Both the position numbers and the translations under genes were made by a program. This document shows, piece after piece, positions 1-9,029 of a stretch of 64,000 bases of DNA. The notes under the pieces are model-generated. The model had not been told where the DNA came from and did not search any database. It saw nothing but the letters and a program-made list of their open reading frames with translations. The stretch is from Thermoanaerobaculia bacterium (lineage in GTDB: Bacteria > Acidobacteriota > Thermoanaerobaculia > Thermoanaerobaculales > Sulfomarinibacteraceae): the NCBI GenBank assembly GCA_027061805.1, contig JAMOWA010000068.1:131660-195659 (forward strand), given 5' to 3'. Each line of letters opens with the position of its first letter. Position 1 is the stretch's first letter.

Positions 1-2
1 GG

Positions 3-212
3 TGTGGGTGTGCTGCACGGTACGAGGAGAGTGAAGTGCCTGTGGTGTACCACCGCAGCAACGGCGCCGTGGCCCCGGAACCGAACATCATCCGGCGCCT
101 GATCGACAATGCAGAATGCCACAATTATCTGGGCGTCGGCTGGGCCTGCTACAGCACACCGGAAAGCATCTGCTATCTCGAGATCGTCGGCGGAGAGATG
201 CAATGTGCGTGA
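3..212 (+). CDS. 3' end (69 codons) of a gene entering from the left edge; Cys-rich tail ...NAECHNYLGVGWACYSTPESICYLEIVGGEMQCA
   Basis: Absent from the ORF track because it has no start in the window. Frame 3 is open from nt 3 to TGA 210-212, with ~72% G/C at third positions by hand count. Its stop overlaps ATG 203 of the next gene (ATGTGCGTGA). Confidence 0.45.
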   Translation, partial: CGCAARYEESEVPVVYHRSNGAVAPEPNIIRRLIDNAECHNYLGVGWACYSTPESICYLEIVGGEMQCA

Positions 213-1603
213 GCAGACTGCTGCCGGCGGCTCTTCTCCTCGCCACGATCTGCTCCGCTGCGGAGCCCGGCCTCGTGGCGCGGGGCATCGTGTCCGTGCC
301 ACGCGCGAGTTCCATGTCGCCCACCTCGGGGATCGGCGAGGAGTGGAAGATCCACCACATGGTCCCGGCGGGGCGGAACCGGTACCTCGCACTGGCGAGC
401 CATGAACGGTACCGGATGGACCGGTGGGCCGATGCCAGGAAGCTCGCCCGGGAACGTGACGAGAACGACGGCCTGGTGACCTCGGTGGTCCCGGAGGTGC
501 TGGAGGACGGCCTCACCCTCCTGATCCTTCGCGGGGACGGCAAGGTGCTCGACGAGGCCGAGACCACACCCGACGCACCTGATCGTGTCTCGCCGTTTCC
601 CGGGTCGCACGCCGTCCCACTGGTGATGGACGCCACCGACGCCTGCCCCTACGCGATCCTCCATCCCGCCACGCGCAGGCTCCTCTGCTACGACCTGGAT
701 CTCCACTACCTGGGCCGTCACGAGATCCCCCTCGACGAGATCCGCTACCCGCGCGTCACCTTCGACGGCGAGCGGTACACCCTGTGGCTGTTCGGAAAAA
801 AGTACGCGACGTCGCCCGAGGTGAAGAGCTTCGCGGACGCCGCGGCGCTTCCTCCCGAGCCGGCGGTGGCCTACGGTGTCCGGTTCGTCCCGGACCGGGA
901 TCGGGTGGAGCCCCTGCCCCTGGACGGCGCCGCCCTGCTCGACGAGCTGCAACGGATCGCGCGGGGGCCCTCGGGCGAACGCCTCCAGCTCCACCCGGCG
1001 AGCGTGGCCATCGCTCCGTTCCGGGACCTCGACGACGACGAGCCGTTCTGGGTGCTCGTGAAGGCGATGAGCTCCGGGGAATACGAGAGCCGCCGTGTGG
1101 CCTCGGGCACCCGGGTGTTCTTTCGCGCCAGACTCGGGTCCCAGGGCCTGGGCACACTCGAGCAGCTCCCGTTCTGGATCGTCCAGGAGGAGCGCGGCGA
1201 TGTGATGATCGACGAGGAGGCCGGCGTGCTCCGCTTCCCGAGGTACCTGGTGGAGGACGACCTGCAGGCCTTCTCCTTCGGCAGGAACGATCTGGCCCTC
1301 CACCTCCTCCTCGGATTCAACGTCCCCCGCGATGACGGCAGCTTCGACCAGCGGGGACGATGGCTCCAGGAGCTCTTCCTCATCTTCTCCGGCACCCGGA
1401 CACCGCCGCACATCATCGACCTCGACGACGACCGGCTGGCCGTCACCCTGCGCCGTGAGCTGTCGACCGATCGTCTCACGGTCCATCCCGTCCTGCTGTC
1501 GGACCGGATCGGGACGTCCGAGTTCGCCTTCCGCGCCATCTGCAGCGAGAGGCGGGGGAAGGGCCGGCGTCCCTGCATGGCGATCCTGGGGCTGGAGTTC
1601 TAG
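203..1603 (+). CDS. hypothetical secreted protein
   Basis: Internal ATG of ORF 116..1603 gives a signal-peptide-like N-terminus, MCVSRLLPAALLLATICSAAEP. The rest has ordinary amino-acid composition. No family recognised. Confidence 0.6.
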   Translation: MCVSRLLPAALLLATICSAAEPGLVARGIVSVPRASSMSPTSGIGEEWKIHHMVPAGRNRYLALASHERYRMDRWADARKLARERDENDGLVTSVVPEVLEDGLTLLILRGDGKVLDEAETTPDAPDRVSPFPGSHAVPLVMDATDACPYAILHPATRRLLCYDLDLHYLGRHEIPLDEIRYPRVTFDGERYTLWLFGKKYATSPEVKSFADAAALPPEPAVAYGVRFVPDRDRVEPLPLDGAALLDELQRIARGPSGERLQLHPASVAIAPFRDLDDDEPFWVLVKAMSSGEYESRRVASGTRVFFRARLGSQGLGTLEQLPFWIVQEERGDVMIDEEAGVLRFPRYLVEDDLQAFSFGRNDLALHLLLGFNVPRDDGSFDQRGRWLQELFLIFSGTRTPPHIIDLDDDRLAVTLRRELSTDRLTVHPVLLSDRIGTSEFAFRAICSERRGKGRRPCMAILGLEF

Positions 1604-1656
1604 GCCGCCCGTGGCGGGACCGTCGTTGCCGTCCGCACTCGCGGGCCGGGGCTGCC

Positions 1657-2748
1657 CTATCCGGGCCCACCACCACAGGGCAGGCCGACGCCGTCCAGGT
1701 CCACGTCCCGGACCTCGAAGGTGAGCGGGCAGTGGTCCGACACGTCCCAGAACGTGCCGTCCTCCTCCCCCGGCCGGGAGACGAAGGGTGAACACCCGTA
1801 CCGGGCACAGTGGAGCCAGGCCGTCAGCGGCACGGAGCCGTCCAGCTCCTCCATCCCGCCCAGATACACCTGGTCCAGCTCCGAGGGCTGTTGCACGCCG
1901 TCGCGATCCCCGGGCCCCTCCCAGTATTCGCTGCACCCGGAGGCGTTGGACAGCCGCCGCAGGCCGGCCTCCCCGAGGATCCGGTCGGCCCCGGCCAGCT
2001 CCGTCGCCAGGCGCGCCTTCCAGTCCCCGAGACCTTCGCCCGAGGGGCCCGTGGTGTTGAAGTCCCCCTGGACGATCACGTCGCAGTCGTCCACCTCCTC
2101 CACCCAGCCCCGGACCCACGAGGCCAGGGCACGGTATTGCCGCAACCGGGTCCCGTACCCCTTCCGGCCCGCCCGGAGGTGCACCTGGACCACCGTGAAG
2201 TCCGCGCCCCCGTCGTCGACGCTCCGGAGGTAGACCGCCAGGGCGGGCCTGAGGTCCGGATCCCCCAGCGCCACCTCCCCCACCTCCTGCACCTCTCCGA
2301 CCCGCCGGAGGACCTTGCCGTCCCAGGCGATCCCCACGTGCTGGCCCCACCGGCCCCCGCTCCGGGTGAAGGCCGTGCGCCAGGCGTGAAGCTCCCCCCC
2401 GGCCCTGGCGAGGATCTCCCCGAACCGGACCGGGTCCCGGATCTCCTCGAGCCCGATCACATGGGCGTCGAGCCCGGCCAGCACCGCCTCGAGATCCCGC
2501 TCGTTGGTTCTCCGGGAGTAGCCCAGGTCCGGGTACTGGGGCCGCTCGTCCCGGGGGAAGTTGCGAACGTTCCAGGCCACGATCCGGAGGTTCCCCGGTG
2601 TGGGCGGGGACGGTGGCAGGTCGGCCACCGTCACCCCGGGCCCGGCGAACGCCACCGCCGGGGAGCGCGTGGTGTGGTACCGGTACCAGGCAACCAGGAC
2701 GGCAGCGGCCAGGAGGAACAGGAGGACGGAGCGTGTGGAACCTCTCAT
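1657..2748 (-). CDS. endonuclease/exonuclease/phosphatase (EEP) family protein with N-terminal membrane anchor
   Basis: Start taken at MRGSTRSVLLFLLAAAVLVAW (ATG 2748). EEP-like blocks are IVAWNVRNF, GLEEI, VQGDFN and C-terminal SDHCPL. Confidence 0.75.
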   Translation of the reverse strand: MRGSTRSVLLFLLAAAVLVAWYRYHTTRSPAVAFAGPGVTVADLPPSPPTPGNLRIVAWNVRNFPRDERPQYPDLGYSRRTNERDLEAVLAGLDAHVIGLEEIRDPVRFGEILARAGGELHAWRTAFTRSGGRWGQHVGIAWDGKVLRRVGEVQEVGEVALGDPDLRPALAVYLRSVDDGGADFTVVQVHLRAGRKGYGTRLRQYRALASWVRGWVEEVDDCDVIVQGDFNTTGPSGEGLGDWKARLATELAGADRILGEAGLRRLSNASGCSEYWEGPGDRDGVQQPSELDQVYLGGMEELDGSVPLTAWLHCARYGCSPFVSRPGEEDGTFWDVSDHCPLTFEVRDVDLDGVGLPCGGGPG

Positions 2749-2803
2749 GGCCCCAGTGTGCCGGAGTCGCCCACCGGCCGCAACGTCCGGGCGGCGCCCT
2801 GGA

Positions 2804-4132
2804 TCAGCGCGGGTCGTGGACCCGGTCCTCCAGGCGCATGTAGCCCAGAACGGCATGGGAGGCGGCCCAGCGGAGGGGCTCAGGGGGCCACGGGATCGTC
2901 CGTCGGTTCACGAAGAAGACCTCCGTGAGGTCCGTGCTCCGCTCCAGGACCAGGTCGGTCACCGTCCTGCCGTTGAGGTGGGTCATGGAGACACCGTGAC
3001 CCACGCAGCCCAGGCTGTACACCACCCGGGGATCACCGAGGTAGCCCATGGCGGGGGCCATGTCCACCGGAATGGAGACCGGACCACCCCAGCGGTGGGT
3101 GAACCGGACGTCCCTGAGAACGGGGAAGGTCTCCCGCACGTCCCGCTCAAGCCCGTTGAAGACCTCCTCGTTGAGGTCCCGGTCCATGTCCCGGCCGAAG
3201 GCCACCGAGATGTCCCGCCCGCCCATGAGCAGCCGGTTGTCCGCCGTCAGGCGGTAGTAGTGGACCAGGTTGCGAGCGTCCTCGATCCCCTGGCGGTTCC
3301 GCCAGCCGATCTCCTCGAAGTGACGGTCCCCCAGAGGCTCGGTGAGCACGATGTGGGTGAAGGCCGGCACCTGCTTGCGCCGGAGCATGGGGATGAGGTG
3401 GGACCAGGCGTTGGTGGCCAGCACCAGCTTGCCCGCCCTCACCGTGCCGCCCGGCGTGCCCAGCTCCAACCGGTCACCCCGCCTCCGGATCTGCCGGACC
3501 GGCGTGCCCTCGAAGACCTCCACGCCCTGACCCTCGACGACCTCCTTCCACGACCAGGCCAGCTTCGCCGGGTTCAGGATCCCGCAGCGCGGCTCCCACC
3601 ACGCGCCCAGGTACAGGGGGCTCCGCACCTCCTCGCCGAGCCGGTCCGCCTCCATCCATTCGATCCCCTCGAGGCCCAGGGAGTGGGCCAGCTCGATCTC
3701 GTGGAGGATCCGCTTGCGGTACTTCTCCGAGGTGGCCACCCGGAGGAAGCCCGGGTGTTCGTAGTCGCAGTCCAGCCCCAGCGTGGCGATGCGCTCCGCC
3801 AGGAGGTCCACCGCCCGCTCCATGTAGAGGTGAGCCTCACGGGCCCGGGCCTTCCCGAACCGCGCGGCGGTGATGGAGAGCGTGAGCCCGAAGAGGGTCA
3901 TGGAGAACCCCCCGTTGCGTCCGCTGGCCCCGTAACCGATCACCTCGGCCTCGAGCAGGGCCACGCGGAGCGAGGGCTCCTCCTGCTTGAGAAAATGGGC
4001 CGTCGCGAGCCCCGTGAAGCCGCCCCCCACGATGGCCACGTCCACCTCCAGGTCGCCCGACAGGGACGGCCCCGGCGTGTAGGGCCGGGTCCCGAGCCAG
4101 AAGCTCTTCCCACGAAAATCCTCGGCATGCAT
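2804..4132 (-). CDS. FAD-dependent oxidoreductase (DAO / glycine-oxidase-like family)
   Basis: N-terminal dinucleotide fold [16 protein letters not shown]; 442-aa DAO-like layout. GGGAGG sits upstream of the ATG. Confidence 0.8.
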   Translation of the reverse strand: MHAEDFRGKSFWLGTRPYTPGPSLSGDLEVDVAIVGGGFTGLATAHFLKQEEPSLRVALLEAEVIGYGASGRNGGFSMTLFGLTLSITAARFGKARAREAHLYMERAVDLLAERIATLGLDCDYEHPGFLRVATSEKYRKRILHEIELAHSLGLEGIEWMEADRLGEEVRSPLYLGAWWEPRCGILNPAKLAWSWKEVVEGQGVEVFEGTPVRQIRRRGDRLELGTPGGTVRAGKLVLATNAWSHLIPMLRRKQVPAFTHIVLTEPLGDRHFEEIGWRNRQGIEDARNLVHYYRLTADNRLLMGGRDISVAFGRDMDRDLNEEVFNGLERDVRETFPVLRDVRFTHRWGGPVSIPVDMAPAMGYLGDPRVVYSLGCVGHGVSMTHLNGRTVTDLVLERSTDLTEVFFVNRRTIPWPPEPLRWAASHAVLGYMRLEDRVHDPR

Positions 4133-4288
4133 GGGTCACCTCCCGTCCATTCCAACTCACACCGGTGAAGAAATTTTTCGCCTTTCCATGGTCCTGCAGG
4201 CCCACCCGAATGTCAAGAAAGAACCCTGGGATACCCAGTTATTCGCCGGTTCATTCAACTGTTTGACACAGATGTTCCGGAGACGCAG

Positions 4289-4334
4289 GATCCGACACGG
4301 CTGTGGATATTGCAACCCCTCGAGGTTTCATGGA
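4289..4334. repeat. copy of dispersed intergenic repeat modules (gatccgacacgg; ttgcaac..ctc..gtt.ca.gga)
   Basis: gatccgacacgg (4289-4300) is identical to 50104-50115. ttgcaacccctcgaggtttcatgga (4310-4334) aligns with cttgcaacaggctcacgttccacgga at 49525-49550 and with 19803-19827. Confidence 0.5.
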
Positions 4335-4346
4335 TCAGGAAGGAAG

Positions 4347-4751
4347 TCATCTGGAACCGGATGTGCGCCCGGTTCTCCGTCGGAACAATGGAGGCGTACC
4401 GCTGAAGCGTCTTTCGAGAAGCCCATGTACAACGAATGCAACACGTCCAGCTGGAGCGAGACCCATCCTCGTCTTCACCTCGTCACCGGACTGGTGGGGG
4501 AACTGTGCCACCGCCCACCAGTCGCGACCCTCCACGACGCCGATCCGGCCGGGGGTGAGCAGTCGGATCCGGGGGTCCTCCCGGGCCCACCGCTCCAGGA
4601 GGGCGCGGGAGCCGTCCGTCGAGCCGTCGTCCACGGCCACCACCTCGAAGGTGCGGAGGCTCTGGCGCTCGAGGCTTCGCCGGCAGGCTTCGAGATGCGG
4701 CAGGGCGTCGTGGACCGGCAGGAGGACGCTGACGGCAGCGTGGCCCGTCAT
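4347..4751 (-). pseudogene. N-terminal fragment of a family-2 glycosyltransferase
   Basis: VSVLLPVHDALPHLEACRRSLERQSLRTFEVVAVDDGSTDGS...DPRIRLL is a typical GT2 N-terminus. Resemblance is lost after about 85 aa and the DxD-containing remainder is missing. The ORF runs into an AT-richer spacer. Confidence 0.6.
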
Positions 4752-4782
4752 GGCGCCCGGGCTCCCTCCGGCTCCACCGCGG

Positions 4783-4980
4783 TCAGGCGGATGGTGGTGG
4801 CACCACCACCGTCTCCACGCCCCCGGCCACGGCCTCCTCCGCGAGTTCGGTGGCGTGCCCCGGTGCCTCGGTGAAGATCACCGGTGCGTCCATGCCGCCC
4901 TCCCGCAGGCGGGGTTCCAGGCGGGGCCACTCACGGCCCAGCCGGCCACCGGCCGCCGCGGGGTTGACGAGGATCCGCAC
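4783..4980 (-). pseudogene. N-terminal fragment of a diacylglycerol/lipid kinase (DagK/YegS-like)
   Basis: (V)RILVNPAAAGGR...FTEAPGHATELAEEAVAGGVETVVV matches the DAGK catalytic-domain start, then stops where GGDGT is expected (PPPSA*). Only 65 codons remain of about 300. The GTG start directly follows the TAG of the upstream gene. Confidence 0.6.
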
Positions 4981-5532
4981 CTAGACCTCGAGGCGCTTGA
5001 CGAAGGGCTCGTAGGTCATGAAATCCGCGTGGTGGACGATCCACGCCTCGGTGGTGCGGGCCACCATGTTGCCCTCGCCCGCGTGGGTGGCCACGATGTG
5101 GCAGACGGCGTCGGGCAGGCCGCACTCCATGGCCAGCGCCACGCCGGTGAAGGGGTGGCGGAGGTACTTGCCGCGGGCGCTCTGGCGGGTCCCGCCGTCC
5201 TCGTCCGACTCGTACTCCAGCAGCTTGCCCACGTCCGCCAGGATCGCCCCGGCGATGAGCACGTCCATGTCCACCGGCAGGTCGTCCCCGAAGAACTCCC
5301 GGATCTTGAGTCCCGACTCGCGGGCCACGTGGACCACCAGCCGCTTGTGGGCCAGGAAGCTCACGGGACATCCCGGGACCTTCAGGGTGAACGGGATCCG
5401 CTCCAGGTCCGCGGGCTCGAGGGGTGACAGCTCGAAGGCCCGCTCCCAGCAGCGGGTCACCTGCTCCCGGAGCTCCGGGTCCCCGATCCATTCGATCTCC
5501 GGCCAGATGCCCAGCACCTCGTCTCGCACCAT
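4981..5532 (-). CDS. HD-domain-like metal-dependent phosphohydrolase (variant motif)
   Basis: Start at MVRDEVLG (ATG 5532, GGAGG upstream). ...ILADVGKLL...HIVATHAGEG resembles an HD domain, but the HD dyad reads AD. Confidence 0.5.
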   Translation of the reverse strand: MVRDEVLGIWPEIEWIGDPELREQVTRCWERAFELSPLEPADLERIPFTLKVPGCPVSFLAHKRLVVHVARESGLKIREFFGDDLPVDMDVLIAGAILADVGKLLEYESDEDGGTRQSARGKYLRHPFTGVALAMECGLPDAVCHIVATHAGEGNMVARTTEAWIVHHADFMTYEPFVKRLEV

Positions 5533-5543
5533 GGATACCTCCC

Positions 5544-6782
5544 TCACAGTCTTCCGCTGGCCCTCACGGACGCTCCGGTGTCGGAGAACACCAGGGTGGT
5601 GCCGCACGGCCGCCGGAGGGCTCCCCCCGATCGGTCGATGAGGTCCAGGAGCCACCGCTGCTCCTGCTCCCGGCGTTTCGCCAGCTCCCTGCCGGCACGC
5701 GGCGAGGCCACGCAGAACAGGACCCGGCCGCCGCCGGGTGTGGCGAACCAGCCGGCCAGCACCGCCACACCGCCGTCGGTCTCCCGCAGGGTTCCGGTCT
5801 TGCACGTCACCGCCTTCGAGAGCGGCTCCGCGGCGAGCTCCGGGAACATCCGCGGCACCGGCCCGGGGTCGCAGCCGGGCACCGGCAGCACGTCCCGGGG
5901 GGCGAGACCCAGCCCTTCCAGGAAGGCGCCGAAGCGGCGCAGCATCCGGACCACCAGGCGGGGCGTCATGGTGTTGGAGCCCTCGCCGCAGGCCGTGGCC
6001 ACGGTGATCCGGCCCTCCGTGTCCTCGAGCCGGTCCCGCAGGAACGCCTGGAGGGCCGCGGGACCCCCGAGGCCGTCGGCAATCCGCTCGATGTCGTTGT
6101 TGGAGTAGACGTTGAAGCGCTTGAGGATGACCTCGAGGGGGTTGGAGCGGTGCTCCACGAGGGTCCGGACACCCGGCACCCTGCCCACCCTCACGCTGTC
6201 CCCGATCCGGAGCAGGGGCGGCTTCGAGGGGTCCCAGCCCCGGCGGGCGCAGAACTTCCGCCAGGTCTGGCGGTGCTCCGTGGTCCAGCGGCTGGAGTCC
6301 AGGGCCCGGAGCAGCCGTTCGCCCGCCTCCCGCGCCCTCCGGTCCCCCTCCTTCTGCCGGCGCTCGGGCCCGCCCTCCCAGCCCATGAGGAACGGCCCCT
6401 CCACCACCAGCCCCTCCCGGACCTCCCGCAACCCCAGCCGCTCCAGCTCGCGGGCCACCATGAAGGCGTTCTCCAGCTGGAAGTCGGGATCACCGCCGCC
6501 CCGGACCACGAGCCGTCCGCGCAGGACACCGGACTCCGGGCTCCATCGTCCCGTGATGCCGAAGGCCGTGGTGTAGCGGTGGTCGGGACCCAGCCGCTCC
6601 AGCGCCCACCAGGTGGTGCCCACCTTCATCACGGAGGCCGGGTTGAACGGCCGGTCGGCCTCCTGCGAGGCCAGGACCCGGCCCCCGGCATCCTCCGCGT
6701 GCCAGAGCAGCGTCCCGGCCCGCGGGGCCGGAGGCCCCGCCAGCAGGGCGAGCGCGGCGAGGAGGGCGGTCAGTCGTGCCAT
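5544..6782 (-). CDS. dacB: D-alanyl-D-alanine carboxypeptidase/endopeptidase, PBP4 (S13) family
   Basis: Signal peptide MARLTALLAALALLAG. Motifs SVMK (SxxK), YSNN (SxN) and KTGT (KTG) occur in the right order. Confidence 0.8.
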   Translation of the reverse strand: MARLTALLAALALLAGPPAPRAGTLLWHAEDAGGRVLASQEADRPFNPASVMKVGTTWWALERLGPDHRYTTAFGITGRWSPESGVLRGRLVVRGGGDPDFQLENAFMVARELERLGLREVREGLVVEGPFLMGWEGGPERRQKEGDRRAREAGERLLRALDSSRWTTEHRQTWRKFCARRGWDPSKPPLLRIGDSVRVGRVPGVRTLVEHRSNPLEVILKRFNVYSNNDIERIADGLGGPAALQAFLRDRLEDTEGRITVATACGEGSNTMTPRLVVRMLRRFGAFLEGLGLAPRDVLPVPGCDPGPVPRMFPELAAEPLSKAVTCKTGTLRETDGGVAVLAGWFATPGGGRVLFCVASPRAGRELAKRREQEQRWLLDLIDRSGGALRRPCGTTLVFSDTGASVRASGRL

Positions 6783-6831
6783 GGGATGAGGATGATACCG
6801 CGGAGCCGGAGCCCCCGGCGAGCGCCACCGG

Positions 6832-8265
6832 TCACTGCCACCACCGGGGGCCCAGGAGGCGCTCCGCGAGCGCGGAGCGGAGCATGCCCCCGGGATCCAG
6901 GCGGGCCTTGAGCGCGGCGAACCGGCCGAGCCGTTCCTCCCCGACACTGGCCCGGTAGAGCTCCCCCGGGAGGGCGGCGTCCTTGGCCGGGTAGAAGCGC
7001 CCCCCGGCCTCCACCACGGGTTCGGCCAGCTCCCGCACGAGCCGCCAGAGACGTTCCCTGTTCGAGGCCGTCACGGGAAGGTCCAGGGCCAGGGAGTAGC
7101 CGTCCACCCCGTGCCCCATGAGGAACGGGTCCGGACGGTGCCGCTTGAGCACGGCCAGGAAGGAGGGGAGCCCGGCCTTGCGGCACGCCTCCAGCTGGCG
7201 GGCGAACACCCGCTCGGCCGCGCCGGCGGGCACGAAGGACTGGTGCTGGATGAGCCCGCCGGGCAGGTAGACCCGTTCCCAGCCGGGCACGTAGTCCAGC
7301 AGGAAGGAGAACTCGGCCAGGGTCTGGAGGTAGCGGGCGCCGTCGCCCACCGTGCTGCCCAGGCGGTACTTGACGGCGTTGATGGTCCGCATGCCGGGCC
7401 GGTTGGTCCAGGGCTTGAGCAGCCGCCAGAGGACCGACTTGGGGAGGATGCCGAACAGGGTGTCGGGGAGGTCCTGGACCCGGGTCCGGAGGGTCCGGGC
7501 GGGCGCGGGGTCCTCTTCGGGCTCCAGGTGGCGTGCGAAGTGGAGCAGGCCCCGGCCCAGACGGCGCCCGCCGGGGAAGGCGTCGATCCACCCCACCACG
7601 TACTCCCACCGGTCCTTCGCCTCGTCGGCCAGGCGCAGCATCTCGCCGAGGTCCCGCCCCGACACGGCCTCCACCTCCAGGAGGCCGGAGTGCACCCGCT
7701 TGAGCCGGAGCCGGGCCCGGACGATCACGCCCAGCTGGCCGAAGCCCCCGACGACGGCGTGGAACAGCTCCGGGTCGGCCTCCGGCGTGACGGGGACCAC
7801 CTCGCCCGAGGCCAGCATCAGGTCGAGGCCGGTGCAATGCTCCCCCAGCGTGCCGCGCGCCCAGTTGTTCTTGCCGTGCACGTTCATGGCCAGGCCGCCG
7901 CCCAGGGTGGGCCGCATGGTCCCCGTGACCACCGGCGGCCACCAGCCGTCCCCCAGGGCGAAGCGCCAGAGGCGCTCCACGGTCACTCCCGGCTCCACGT
8001 CCACCTCGCCGGTTCGGGGATCCCATGCCAGGATCCGGTCCATGCGGGAGAGGTCGAGGACCACGGCCTCCGGGAGGAAGGCGGCGTCACCGTAGCTGCG
8101 CCCCGCACCCCGGAGCACCAGCGGGACCCCTCGCTCCGAGGTGAGCCCCAGGACACCGCGCACGTCCTCCACCGTGGAGGGGCGGTGGACGTAGCCCGCC
8201 GCGCCCACGGCCTGTCCCCAGCCGGGGACCCACTCCAGGCGGTCGGGGGGCAGGAGGGCGGGCAC
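6832..8265 (-). CDS. FAD-binding (PCMH-type) oxidoreductase, DprE1-like
   Basis: VPLVLRGAGRSYGDAAF FAD_binding_4 block; about 477 aa. The start is uncertain. GTG 8265 was chosen because it lies just after the TGA (8268-8270) of the upstream SDR gene. Confidence 0.7.
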   Translation of the reverse strand: MPALLPPDRLEWVPGWGQAVGAAGYVHRPSTVEDVRGVLGLTSERGVPLVLRGAGRSYGDAAFLPEAVVLDLSRMDRILAWDPRTGEVDVEPGVTVERLWRFALGDGWWPPVVTGTMRPTLGGGLAMNVHGKNNWARGTLGEHCTGLDLMLASGEVVPVTPEADPELFHAVVGGFGQLGVIVRARLRLKRVHSGLLEVEAVSGRDLGEMLRLADEAKDRWEYVVGWIDAFPGGRRLGRGLLHFARHLEPEEDPAPARTLRTRVQDLPDTLFGILPKSVLWRLLKPWTNRPGMRTINAVKYRLGSTVGDGARYLQTLAEFSFLLDYVPGWERVYLPGGLIQHQSFVPAGAAERVFARQLEACRKAGLPSFLAVLKRHRPDPFLMGHGVDGYSLALDLPVTASNRERLWRLVRELAEPVVEAGGRFYPAKDAALPGELYRASVGEERLGRFAALKARLDPGGMLRSALAERLLGPRWWQ

Positions 8266-8267
8266 GG

Positions 8268-9020
8268 TCAGACCCTGAGGTGCCGGAAGACGACGGAGGG
8301 AATGCTCCGGATGATCCAGCTCACCACCCGCCAGCGGGCCGGGATGTAGGCGGTGACCACACCCCTCCGGATCTTGCGCTCCATGATCTCCGCGGCGCGC
8401 TCGGCGGAGACCATCATGGGCAGCTTGCCCATGCCCGCCGTCAGCTCGGTGGCCACGAAGCCCGGCTTGAGGGTGACCACCTTCACGCCGTACCGCCCCA
8501 CGCGATTCCGGAGGGCCTCCAGGTAGGTGTGGAGGGCGGCCTTGGAGGTGTTGTACGCGGGGGCCCCGGAGCGGCCGCGGTCCCCGGCGATGGAGCCGAT
8601 GCCCGCGATGGTGCCCCGCTTCAGGCGCCCGAAGCGCTCGGCGGCGGGGTTGAGCCATGCCATGGCGCCCAGGAGGTTCACCTCGATGATCCGCTCGTCC
8701 TTGGCCGTGTCGAACTCGTCGAAGGCCACCTTCAGGCCGATGCCGGCCGCGTAGACCACCAGGTCCAGGCCCCCGAGAGCCCGGGCGATCTCCTGGAACA
8801 GCTCCGGGACCTCCCCGCGGTTCCGCACGTCGTGGGGGAACACCAGGGCCCGCCCCTCGCCGTTCTCGGCGTCGATGGACGCCGCCAGCTCCTCCAGGAG
8901 GTCCCTCCTCCGGGCCACCAGGGCGACCCTGGAACCACCGGCGGCGTACCTCCGGGCCAGGGCGGCCCCCATGCCAGAGGAGGCCCCGACGATCAACACA
9001 TGCTGGAACCTGCCCATCAC
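8268..9020 (-). CDS. short-chain dehydrogenase/reductase, DprE2-like
   Basis: VGASSGMG cofactor motif and YNTSK catalytic motif; 250 aa. Lies 9 nt downstream of the HDAC-family gene. Confidence 0.75.
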   Translation of the reverse strand: MMGRFQHVLIVGASSGMGAALARRYAAGGSRVALVARRRDLLEELAASIDAENGEGRALVFPHDVRNRGEVPELFQEIARALGGLDLVVYAAGIGLKVAFDEFDTAKDERIIEVNLLGAMAWLNPAAERFGRLKRGTIAGIGSIAGDRGRSGAPAYNTSKAALHTYLEALRNRVGRYGVKVVTLKPGFVATELTAGMGKLPMMVSAERAAEIMERKIRRGVVTAYIPARWRVVSWIIRSIPSVVFRHLRV

Positions 9021-9029
9021 GCCTCCATC

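Noticed and set aside
173-2350. Very long ORFs in alternative or antisense frames (for example 173..2350 minus, 8280..10844 plus, 34063..38187 minus at 1374 aa, 41470..44238 minus, 41670..44495 plus, 15526..17583 minus).
   Set aside because: Their translations are dominated by Arg, Pro, Gly and Ala with no family motifs. They overlap genes that do have clear family signatures. Stop-codon scarcity in off-frames is expected at ~70% GC.
4327-4345. tcaggaaggaagtca considered as the SRP RNA domain IV (GGAAGGAAGCAGC-like) motif.
   Set aside because: No flanking helix 8 pairing or conserved GNAR tetraloop context. It lies within the decayed spacer.
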